Of a DNA stretch of 64,000 nucleotides, positions 17,335-25,579 are shown piece by piece. Numbering within the stretch: position 1 is the first letter of the stretch; every line of letters starts with the position of its first letter. The DNA comes from an uncultured delta proteobacterium. Lineage in GTDB: Bacteria > Desulfobacterota > Desulfobacteria > Desulfobacterales > JAFDCJ01. Position numbers and translations under genes: made by a program. The stretch lies in contig CAVYNY010000038.1 in the NCBI GenBank assembly GCA_963769935.1, positions 32,001 through 96,000 on the forward strand, given 5' to 3'. Under the pieces are notes generated by a model. The model was given only the letters and a program-made list of their open reading frames with translations, made no database searches and was not told where the DNA came from.

Positions 17335-18477
17335 TTAGACCGCGCATAGGGCTGGGCTGCAGCCTCGCAGGCTTGCCGGCGATCGACCGGTGAGGGCTTC
17401 AATCCGTGCGGCTAATTTGCGGGCGGTGGCGAGCCTGCGGCGGGCGCCGTCGCGGGCCTGCGAATCGACGGGAAATGCGTTCAGGCGCCGGTCAAAGCGT
17501 TCGGCGAGCCCCACGAAGCGATCTTCCGCCACCAGTTTGTCGGCCAGGAACACCACCTCGGCCTCCCGGACCGGCTGCTCCTCGCTCCAGGGAATTTCCA
17601 TGTGGGTGGCGACGATTTCGGCCATACGGGGCATGTGCAGCTCCCGCAACAGTTTTGCTCCTCCACGGGCGTGGTCGAGTTCGCCGCGGGCCATGTCATG
17701 CACGAGGGCGGCCGCACAGATCAGATGGAGATCCAGCGCAAGGCCCGCCTGATTGAGGGCCTTTCCAAGGCGCAAGGCCAGGTCGGCGACGGCACGGCCG
17801 TGCGCTGCCACATCCGGCGGAACCTGCAGCCGGTCGTTCAGCAGCGCTTCACACTCCGCCGGGGAAAAGACTTCCCGGCGCTTCAGCCGTTCGACCATGT
17901 GGAGATAATCCGCGGGCCGATCCATGTCATGGTGGATGAACTCATCGACCACCGGTACATCGACGGCGTGCTGCTCCAAGCGGGCCAACAGAGCCCCCAG
18001 ACCGCCGCTCCCGCGCCATTGCAGGAGGCCGCGGCTATGATATCCGCCGATAAGCGGCGGGTGGCCGCGCCGCCCGCCGAAGGTCGGGTGGCAAATGCCA
18101 GCGGTTCCGGCCGGAAATGCCTGCAGGAGGTCGCCGATGGTGGCCGCCCGCACGAAGGGAATGTCCACGGGCAGCACAAAAAAGGACGCGGTATTCTCAG
18201 CCAGACTCGCCACGCCGGCCGCCACCGAGGAGAACATACCCTCGGCATAGCGGGCATTTACGACGCTGCGCGCACCCCAGCGCTCGACGTGGGACATCAA
18301 CTCGTCTGCGCGGTGGCCGACCACGACATGAATGCGGTTGATCCCGCCGGACTGAAACAGACGGATAACCCGCTCCAGAACCGTCATTCCGCCCAATTTC
18401 ATCAGGGGCTTGAAATCGCCCATGCGCTTTGAAAATCCGGCCGCCAATACGAGAGCGGTGGCAGATTCCGGGTTCAT
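17335..18477 (-). CDS. MocA/MobA-like NTP transferase fused to a C-terminal HD domain (DVU_1551-like)
   Basis: N-terminal motifs LVLAAGFSKRMG, GMFSS, LPVDIP, GHPPL and DMD; C-terminal AAH..AVA, AALVHD and FLADK. Confidence 0.85.
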   Translation of the reverse strand: MNPESATALVLAAGFSKRMGDFKPLMKLGGMTVLERVIRLFQSGGINRIHVVVGHRADELMSHVERWGARSVVNARYAEGMFSSVAAGVASLAENTASFFVLPVDIPFVRAATIGDLLQAFPAGTAGICHPTFGGRRGHPPLIGGYHSRGLLQWRGSGGLGALLARLEQHAVDVPVVDEFIHHDMDRPADYLHMVERLKRREVFSPAECEALLNDRLQVPPDVAAHGRAVADLALRLGKALNQAGLALDLHLICAAALVHDMARGELDHARGGAKLLRELHMPRMAEIVATHMEIPWSEEQPVREAEVVFLADKLVAEDRFVGLAERFDRRLNAFPVDSQARDGARRRLATARKLAARIEALTGRSPASLRGCSPALCAV

Positions 18478-19526
18478 GCGCGCCGACCTTTCGCGCGGAC
18501 CTGGACCAGTTCGGCCACGATGCTCAAGGCAATCTCCTCGGGGGTTTCCGCGTTGATGTCCAGACCGATGGGGGAGTGCACGCGTTTCAAATCAGCCGCG
18601 GTAAATCCTTGTCTCAACAGCGCGTTGAAGATATGGTCCCGCTTGCCCCGGCTGCCGATCATGCCGATGTAGGCGGCCTCTGTGCGCAGCGCCTGCATCA
18701 ACACCGTCTGGTCGTGCAGATGGCCGCGGGTCAAAATGACGACAAAGGCGCCGCTGTCGAACGCCATCCCCGGCAGGGTCTCGTCGAAATTCGCAACCAC
18801 ACGGATTTCCTCAGCCTGCGGGAAACGTTCGGCATTGGCGAATTCGGCCCGATCATCCACGACCCGCACCCGGAATCCGACGAAAGCAGCGAGTCGCGCC
18901 GTGGGCTGCGCGACGTGCCCGGCTCCGAAAAGAACCACGGTATCCGCCGGAAGAACCGGGTCGAAGAGAATCAATGTCTCCCCGAGAGCCACCGTGCGCA
19001 GACAACCGGCTGCGCTATGCTCGCGAACGAGCTTCGCGAGGGTCGCGGCGTCGAGCGTCGAATCACCGCAAACCACGCGCTGGTTTTTGAGCAGGCAATG
19101 GCCGATGTCTGCCACCTTTTCACCGGCGAACCGCAGCACGGTCAAGAAGCTGCAGGATTCCGGCGTGTCCTGAACATCCCGCCAGCCTTTGAGCACGACG
19201 GCCGCCGGACTCCCGGGATCGACGAACTCCAGCAGCACCTCCAGACGTCCACCGCAGATCATGTCCATCGCCGCCAGATCGGACGGCTTCATATCGAAGG
19301 GCATCAGCAGCGGACGCCGCGTTGAAAGCACCTTGTCGGCTTTTTGGATCACCCGCGCCTCGAGCATTCCGCCGCCGATGGTGCCTATGGTTTGGCCGGT
19401 TCCGGTTATGATCATGCGGGTGCCCGCCAGGCGGGGGGTGGACCCGCGGCGGCTGACAATCGTCGCCAGGGCGAATTCCAGATGATCGTCCACCAGCCGC
19501 CCGGCCGCTTCTGCAATCAGGTTCAT
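18474..19526 (-). CDS. xdhC: XdhC/CoxI-family Moco chaperone
   Basis: Motifs GSTPR, GTIGGG, MICGG, FGAGHVA, DDRAEFAN, TRGH, YIGMIGS and SPIGLDINAETPEEIA. Confidence 0.9.
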   Translation of the reverse strand: MNLIAEAAGRLVDDHLEFALATIVSRRGSTPRLAGTRMIITGTGQTIGTIGGGMLEARVIQKADKVLSTRRPLLMPFDMKPSDLAAMDMICGGRLEVLLEFVDPGSPAAVVLKGWRDVQDTPESCSFLTVLRFAGEKVADIGHCLLKNQRVVCGDSTLDAATLAKLVREHSAAGCLRTVALGETLILFDPVLPADTVVLFGAGHVAQPTARLAAFVGFRVRVVDDRAEFANAERFPQAEEIRVVANFDETLPGMAFDSGAFVVILTRGHLHDQTVLMQALRTEAAYIGMIGSRGKRDHIFNALLRQGFTAADLKRVHSPIGLDINAETPEEIALSIVAELVQVRAKGRRA

Positions 19527-19573
19527 GATATTTGCTCCACTATTGAAATCCTGGTCCTCTCGGACAGGATCCT

Positions 19574-20917
19574 TTACTTATCCTGTCTGCGGTCGATGAA
19601 GGTTCTTTTGGCCGCTCCGGTAGTAAACCACTTCTCAGAACTGAGCCGGATGGGGCCGATGTCCAGGAGCCCCTGGTCGATGGCCGACCGCACCGCAGGC
19701 ACGCCGGCCAGCCTCTGTCGAACGCGACGCGCAATTTTCGGCAGCCGATCCGCATTGCAGTGCAGCAGCACGTCCAACCGGCTGCGGCCGTCGGCCGCTG
19801 TGATCTCCGCCTGAAAATCGAGAATTTCGGGAATGGCGAACAGCGCTTCATCCAGCATGGACATGTGCAGCCGCGCCTGCGAGGCCAAGACCACTTCATT
19901 GGTTTTTCTGCCCTGAATCTTGCCCAAACGCCGCAGGGTGCTTCCACAGGGGCACATCTCCGGAAGAAACCGTGCGATGTCACCCGTCCGGTAGCGGATC
20001 AACGGCATTGCCCGGCGGTTCAGGGTTGTGAAGACCACCTCGCCGGCCAGGCCTTCCGGCAATTGTCTGCCGCTCAGCGGGTCGACGATCTCCACGAACA
20101 GGTCGGCTTCCCTGAGATGGTATCCTTCATGGGCGTCGCATTCGACCCCGCCGCCGAAGCCCATCTCCGTCATTCCATAGTGCTGGTAGACATGGCAGCC
20201 CCACGATTGTTGGATATCTTCGACGACGCACGCAGGCACATAATCGGTGCTCAACAGCACGCTGCGAATGTCCCCTGCGGGAATGCGGGCGCTTTGCGGG
20301 TGCCGGACCAGGCCGAGAACCTGTATCGGAATCCCCACCAGGCTATCCGGCCGCCGGGCAAGGATTTCAGCGATGGTATCCGCCGGATCCTGCACCGGCC
20401 CGTGAACAATCCCTTCGGCTCCCAGGCGGTCGAGCCCTTTGACGAGCAGATCCCCCACACTGCCCGGCAGTTCCCCGGGCATCAGGATGAGCACCCGCTG
20501 CCCGGCCTGCACCAGGGTGGACATGCCGTGCCGAAAAAAATCGACGGTCAGGTCCAGGTCCGTTTCGGTAAAAAACATCCGCTTCGGCAATCCGGTGGTG
20601 CCGGAGGTCCGGATGGTGACCACCCGGGCCACTTCCCTATGGGAGACACAGAGAAACTCCAGCGGATCCCGGCACAGATCTTCCGGTGTTGTAAACGGCA
20701 GCGATGCAAACGAATCAAAATTCACCTCGGCCAGGTCGCCACGCCCGCCAAGCCGCCGGCGATAAAACGGGCTTTGGCCGGCCGCATATGCCAGGCTCTG
20801 CTGGATGCGCCGCAATTGATACCGCCGCAAGCCCTGCCGGGTGAGACCGGCGCCCGCCCCAAGGCCGGTTTGCTTTCCGATCCAGGCGTCCAAAGGTGTC
20901 CTAAGCATAAGCTTCAT
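19574..20917 (-). CDS. Phenylacetate-CoA-ligase-like AMP-dependent ligase (DVU_1553-like)
   Basis: Motifs LPFTT, TSGTTG.PK, HYGMTE and MPLIRYRTGD. Confidence 0.85.
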   Translation of the reverse strand: MKLMLRTPLDAWIGKQTGLGAGAGLTRQGLRRYQLRRIQQSLAYAAGQSPFYRRRLGGRGDLAEVNFDSFASLPFTTPEDLCRDPLEFLCVSHREVARVVTIRTSGTTGLPKRMFFTETDLDLTVDFFRHGMSTLVQAGQRVLILMPGELPGSVGDLLVKGLDRLGAEGIVHGPVQDPADTIAEILARRPDSLVGIPIQVLGLVRHPQSARIPAGDIRSVLLSTDYVPACVVEDIQQSWGCHVYQHYGMTEMGFGGGVECDAHEGYHLREADLFVEIVDPLSGRQLPEGLAGEVVFTTLNRRAMPLIRYRTGDIARFLPEMCPCGSTLRRLGKIQGRKTNEVVLASQARLHMSMLDEALFAIPEILDFQAEITAADGRSRLDVLLHCNADRLPKIARRVRQRLAGVPAVRSAIDQGLLDIGPIRLSSEKWFTTGAAKRTFIDRRQDK

Positions 20918-22290
20918 TTCCGGTACAAGCCTGTCCCATCAGCGGAGGTGAGGTTGTAGGCGCAAAACGGGACCAATCCGTAACGCGAATCCCAGACGTG
21001 GATGCAGCAATCGCGCAGCCGTTCCAGGTCCAGGGTCCAGGCATCCTGAAAGGCCATGGCCGATACCGTCAGGGTATGGGTGCGCGCCCGGTCCAAAAAA
21101 TCCTCCAACCGCATGGGTCCGTCATCCGGAGCACCTAAACCGCAGGCCGGATCACCGGCCGCCGTCCCGGGGCCGGCGGCTGTACCGTCCCTGGGACCGG
21201 CCCACTGCCGGGAGACTCGCGCCATGGTGCGCAATGCACTTTCCCGGGCCGGTATCGGTTTGCAGCAGTCCGATGGCTGCGCGTGCTGCAGGCGCCGGAC
21301 GCCGCCGCCCGGCAGCGTAAGATAGTCGGCGTGAAACGAGCACCAGGCATTTTCGCAGCCGGGCGGCCGGAAATCCGCCGCCTTGAACATACCCTCGGAC
21401 TGGTGTTCGATGGCCGCCATGAGCTCCGGCAGGGTGATCCGGGAGGCGTCGATCGGCGGCTGCGGGCAGCGCCCAAAATAGCTGACGGGCTGGAAGTGGA
21501 TGCCGCGCACAATCGGCGACCGGCCGGCGGCGAACCGCAGCAGGGCCCCGATTTGCCCGGTATTCACCCCCGGTACCAATGTGGGCACCAATACCACCCC
21601 GATACCGTGTCGGCCGCAGGCTTCGATCGCCCGCCGCTTGACATCCAGCAGCGCCGCGCCGCGCAGCCTCAGGTAAACGTCGTCGTCGGTGCCGTCGAAC
21701 TGCAAAAATACGCTGGCCAGACCCGCGTCCTTGAGCGCTTTCAGATAGCCGCCGTCGCGACCCAGCCGGATGCCGTTGGTGTTCAGCTGGATAAAGACAA
21801 ACCCTGCTTCCCGGCCGGCGGCCACGATTTCGGGCAGGTCGTCGCGCTGGGTCGGCTCGCCCCCGGAAAGCTGAATGTTGCTTCCGGCAGCCATCTGCTG
21901 AACGGTCCGAAACCAGGTCCGAATCTCCTCCGGCACGGGGTCGCCGTCCTGCCCGGGACCCGATGCGGCAAAGCACACCGGACAGCTGAGGTTGCAGCGG
22001 CGCGTCACCTCAAACAGAACCGTACAGGAGCGCTGCCGGTGATCCGGACACAGCCCGCAGTCAAAGGGACAGCCCCGCAGCCGTTCGTGCTGAACGGGAT
22101 GAAGCAGAATAGGCGTCTTGGGGCGCTGCCACTGCTGCATTGCGGGCCGGCCCCGCCAGATGGCGGTCCTGAATTCCCCGTGCGCCGGGCAGCTTTTGAC
22201 CAGCTGCACCTGATCGCCGCAAGTGACCCGCCGGGCTGCAATGCGGTCCAGACAAACCGGGCAGAGGCTTTCGGTGGTGTCGCTTTCCAT
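20914..22290 (-). CDS. Radical SAM protein of mop-associated clusters (TrsS/DVU_1554-like)
   Basis: CNLSCPVC (CxxxCxxC), SGGEPT and QLNTNG; extra Cys clusters SLCPVC, CPAHG, GCPFDCGLCPDH and C-terminal CCIH..PFCAYN. ATG 22290 is the likely start. Confidence 0.88.
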   Translation of the reverse strand: MESDTTESLCPVCLDRIAARRVTCGDQVQLVKSCPAHGEFRTAIWRGRPAMQQWQRPKTPILLHPVQHERLRGCPFDCGLCPDHRQRSCTVLFEVTRRCNLSCPVCFAASGPGQDGDPVPEEIRTWFRTVQQMAAGSNIQLSGGEPTQRDDLPEIVAAGREAGFVFIQLNTNGIRLGRDGGYLKALKDAGLASVFLQFDGTDDDVYLRLRGAALLDVKRRAIEACGRHGIGVVLVPTLVPGVNTGQIGALLRFAAGRSPIVRGIHFQPVSYFGRCPQPPIDASRITLPELMAAIEHQSEGMFKAADFRPPGCENAWCSFHADYLTLPGGGVRRLQHAQPSDCCKPIPARESALRTMARVSRQWAGPRDGTAAGPGTAAGDPACGLGAPDDGPMRLEDFLDRARTHTLTVSAMAFQDAWTLDLERLRDCCIHVWDSRYGLVPFCAYNLTSADGTGLYRK

Positions 22291-22401
22291 GATCACATAT
22301 TCCAACATTTAAAAACTGGTCCCCTGAGGCAACGACCACCCCACCGGGGTAAAATTAAACACGATGTAAGCGGGGCCGCTGAGCCAGAACTCTCTTCTCC
22401 T

Positions 22402-22845
22402 TCATTCGCCGGAAATGTCGAAGCCGTTGACAGTCAGGATTTCCAGCACCTTGTCATAGGTCTGGGCCACAATCGTGCCGCAACGCTGCCGGGCGGCCTG
22501 CGGTCCTTCCTCGCCCACGATGGTCTCGCAGGTGATTCCGCCGAAAGGCCCGCCCACCTGTTCCTCAAACCAGTCGGACAGCTCCTGCAGCATCAGCATC
22601 AACCGGTCCGAGCCCTGCTCGTCATCCCGGCCCTTGCCGGCATAAAGGCCAAGGACGCAACAACCTCCGGTCAGGGTGCCGCAGGTAGAGCGGCCGCCGC
22701 CGCAGCCGTAGGCCAGTCCCGACATAGAGCGGATCAGGGAGGGATTGTCCTCGCCGCGCAGCTCCAAAAAAAGCCGGAGCAGAATCTGGCTGCATCCATA
22801 GCCCTGGCCGGAAAGCTGCAGCAGGCGGATCATGATGTCGTCCAT
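22402..22845 (-). CDS. C-GCAxxG-C-C family Cys-rich protein (DVU_1555-like)
   Basis: Motifs GYGCSQ, GCGG, TCGTLTGG, ITCETI and RCG. Confidence 0.85.
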   Translation of the reverse strand: MDDIMIRLLQLSGQGYGCSQILLRLFLELRGEDNPSLIRSMSGLAYGCGGGRSTCGTLTGGCCVLGLYAGKGRDDEQGSDRLMLMLQELSDWFEEQVGGPFGGITCETIVGEEGPQAARQRCGTIVAQTYDKVLEILTVNGFDISGE

Positions 22846-22847
22846 CG

Positions 22848-23060
22848 TTATTTGTCTTCCAGGAGCTGTTCCACCTCGGCCATTATGCCAAGGGCCAGGT
22901 TCTCCGATATCAGAACAAACCCGCAGACCGGACAGGTCGGAAGCTCGGTCGTAAATTGGTTGCCCATGTATTCAGCAGTCACCGGGCCCACCTGAAGCGG
23001 CTGGTTGCATTTGCGGCACAGCCATTCCAGGTCTTCGGGACGGACGTTTTCGATTTTCAT
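22848..23060 (-). CDS. Small CxxC...CxxC protein (DVU_1557-like)
   Basis: 70 aa from ATG 23060, which overlaps the upstream stop (ATGA): WLCRKC...LPTCPVCG...EVEQLLEDK. The longer ORF-track extension is spurious. Confidence 0.8.
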   Translation of the reverse strand: MKIENVRPEDLEWLCRKCNQPLQVGPVTAEYMGNQFTTELPTCPVCGFVLISENLALGIMAEVEQLLEDK

Positions 23061-25381
23061 GTCGTCAGTCCTCCGGTTACCGTCATGCGATGGCTGTAGG
23101 CATTGTGAATCACGAACCCCTCGGAGGACGCAGAGTACTCGACCCAGATGGTGGCCTGGTAGCGGCGGGAACAGGCTTTCAGATGTCCGCTTTGAGGATG
23201 AACAAGGCTGCCGCCGGAGCTTTCCGCTTCGTGGATCACCTGTTTGAGATCCTCGTCCAGAATTCGCCGCTTTTCCAGGATTTCGCGGACGTCGGGAGCA
23301 ATCACGAGGGTGATGGTTTCGTATGGCTGCATGCTTTTTCCCTCCTCTTGCCAAAAGGTGCTGAGCATCGTTGTGCGCAGCCGCTCCCGGTTTTCCCGCC
23401 GTTCGGACCAGCGCGCCCGCGGTCGCGACGCCGGATCCGGTCCTTCCGCATCCGGGAAGATGAGATCCAGGATATGCAGCGCACGCTTGCCCACAGCAGC
23501 CAGACTGTCCCGGCACATGGCGCAGTATGTGAGGTAGTCGTGCGGACTCAGCCTCGCCCGGCGGGCGGCAACTTCGCGGGACAGATCCGCGTTGGCGTTT
23601 TGCATCAGTCCTCCGAAGCCGCAGCACTCGGTTTTATCCCGGCCGAGGTCCAGTTCCTCCCCGGCCACCGCCAGATGCTCCAAAAGATTGCGCACCGCTC
23701 CCTGGATGGCCGGGTAAGCCCGCGTGGTGCACGGGTCGTGGATCGCCAGCGCACGTTTTGCACCGTCGTCTGAGGGTTGCGACAGACCCGTCTCATCCAG
23801 CAGCTGCCAAAGAGAGATCACCGGGACCTGCGGCAGGTGCTCCGAAAACATCCGGAAACAGGTCGAACAGGCGGCGATCATCCGGGGTCTTCCCAGAAAG
23901 TTCCAGTCTTTCAGAAAGTCATTGCACACGCTGCGAAACTCGTCTTCCCGGCCGGCCCACCAGGCCGGCGCGCCGCAGCAGCCCAGCATCAGGCCTACGC
24001 CTTCGGAAAAATTGGCGGCCAGATGCGTATAGACATTCCGGACGCGGTCAGGAGATGAGGCGCACAGCTGGCAGCCGGGAAAAAAGGCCTGGGTGGTTGC
24101 CTTACCCGCCGGCGCAGGACGTACCAGGTGAAAGCGTTCGCTTTGGCTGAAACGCATGTCCTGGAGGGCGAACTCGTGGGCCGAGGGCGGCATCTTGCCT
24201 CGTTGGACCATGCTGCGCCGCGCCTGCAGACAGAGGTCCTGCATGGCGAAATCTTCGGGACAAACACGCTCGCACAGTCCGCACAGGCTGCAGGAGTTGA
24301 CCAGTTTATTGGCCTGGCGCATCCCCATGACGATGGACTCGTTGTTGTAGATTTCGCGGGCATACCTGCGCGGATAGGCGCCGAAGCCTTCCAGGTAGGC
24401 GCAGACCTTGACGCACTCCAGGCATTCGCACTGCAGGCAGCGGCGGGCCTCCGCCACGGCTTCCTCGAGCGAGTAGCCGGATTCCGGATCAGCCGGCGCC
24501 GATTTAGGCAGCGGCTCGACGCCTGCGAGGCTGGTAAAAAGACGGGTGCGGAAAGGGCCGTCTTTCTCGCGGCCTGCGGTCAGCGAGACCTTCTGGAGAT
24601 AGCGGTCGATGGAAGTCGCGGCCCAGCGGCCTTCGGCTGCCTGAATGACCGGCGATCCCTGCGTGGTTTCAATCAAGCCGCCGGCGAAGACCCCCGACCG
24701 TGAGGTTGACTGGACCATGGGATTGATCAAAATCCGGCCGGCATCGTCCCGGTCGAGGTCCCCCTCGCTGCCCGCAACCGCATCCAGTCCGAGATAGACC
24801 GCGTCGCAATCCGCCAGGCATTGCTCCAGAAAGGCCGGCGGTCTGATATCCGCCTCCAGGTTCACGGCGACGTCGAGGCCGAGCAGTCGATCCAGTTCAT
24901 CTGCTAAAACATCTGCCGGCAGCCGCTGGACATGCATTTCCAGCAGCGGCCCGCCCAGGCTCGATCCGGGCTCGAACAGGCGAATGGAATAGCCCTTGCG
25001 GGCTAAATCCCAGGCAGCAGTCAGTCCGCTTAAACCGCTGCCGATGACGGCGACGGTTTGCCCCCGCCGGGGCAGCGGTTGCACGCGTATGGCAGGCGGC
25101 GGGGTTGCAACGCAGGCGCGCTCCAAATCGCCGATCTGGATCGGGTCTCCGGCTTCCCGGCGCTTGCAGCGCTGCCGGCAGGGGGCATTGCAGATCCGTC
25201 CCAGGATGCCGGCAAAGGGCATGGTTTTGCGCAAAATCTTCCAGGCTTCCACCCACTCGCCCTTGGCCACATGGCCGGCAAAGGCCCGCCCGTCCACGTG
25301 AATCGGGCAGGCCGCCGTGCATTCCGGAGGCTCCTCCTGGATGCAGCGCTGTTCGAGCGCTCTGAGCTCTTTTTGGTCCAT
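23057..25381 (-). CDS. Pyridine nucleotide-disulfide oxidoreductase / 4Fe-4S dicluster / CCG-domain protein
   Basis: N-terminal CTAACP, GRIC..PC...C, GSGLSG (FAD), RCLQCECLECVKVC, CSLCGLCERVCP, and CCG motifs (GCCGAP, ECCGFGG). Confidence 0.88.
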   Translation of the reverse strand: MDQKELRALEQRCIQEEPPECTAACPIHVDGRAFAGHVAKGEWVEAWKILRKTMPFAGILGRICNAPCRQRCKRREAGDPIQIGDLERACVATPPPAIRVQPLPRRGQTVAVIGSGLSGLTAAWDLARKGYSIRLFEPGSSLGGPLLEMHVQRLPADVLADELDRLLGLDVAVNLEADIRPPAFLEQCLADCDAVYLGLDAVAGSEGDLDRDDAGRILINPMVQSTSRSGVFAGGLIETTQGSPVIQAAEGRWAATSIDRYLQKVSLTAGREKDGPFRTRLFTSLAGVEPLPKSAPADPESGYSLEEAVAEARRCLQCECLECVKVCAYLEGFGAYPRRYAREIYNNESIVMGMRQANKLVNSCSLCGLCERVCPEDFAMQDLCLQARRSMVQRGKMPPSAHEFALQDMRFSQSERFHLVRPAPAGKATTQAFFPGCQLCASSPDRVRNVYTHLAANFSEGVGLMLGCCGAPAWWAGREDEFRSVCNDFLKDWNFLGRPRMIAACSTCFRMFSEHLPQVPVISLWQLLDETGLSQPSDDGAKRALAIHDPCTTRAYPAIQGAVRNLLEHLAVAGEELDLGRDKTECCGFGGLMQNANADLSREVAARRARLSPHDYLTYCAMCRDSLAAVGKRALHILDLIFPDAEGPDPASRPRARWSERRENRERLRTTMLSTFWQEEGKSMQPYETITLVIAPDVREILEKRRILDEDLKQVIHEAESSGGSLVHPQSGHLKACSRRYQATIWVEYSASSEGFVIHNAYSHRMTVTGGLTT

Positions 25382-25579
25382 CGAATAATCCTGACACCTG
25401 AAACCCTATTCATGATAGATTTAATTATTTCAATTGTCTTCTTATCTTGCGACCAAGTTGCAATTTGAGGCTATAAAGCCGCGGCGAACCGTGGAATTCG
25501 ATCCACGGCGCGCCGCTTATCACGAATTGATATGCCTCGCCAACTATCACGTAATTGCCCTCGCTAACGGGGCCTTTTT

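Noticed and set aside
22848..23627. 259-aa ORF as annotated in the track
   Set aside because: It overlaps the 774-aa gene out of frame; only the last 70 aa from ATG 23060 look real.
20914..25381. Selenocysteine recoding in the radical SAM or Cys-rich proteins
   Set aside because: The ORFs appear full length with Cys at the motif positions, and no in-frame TGA interruption was seen.
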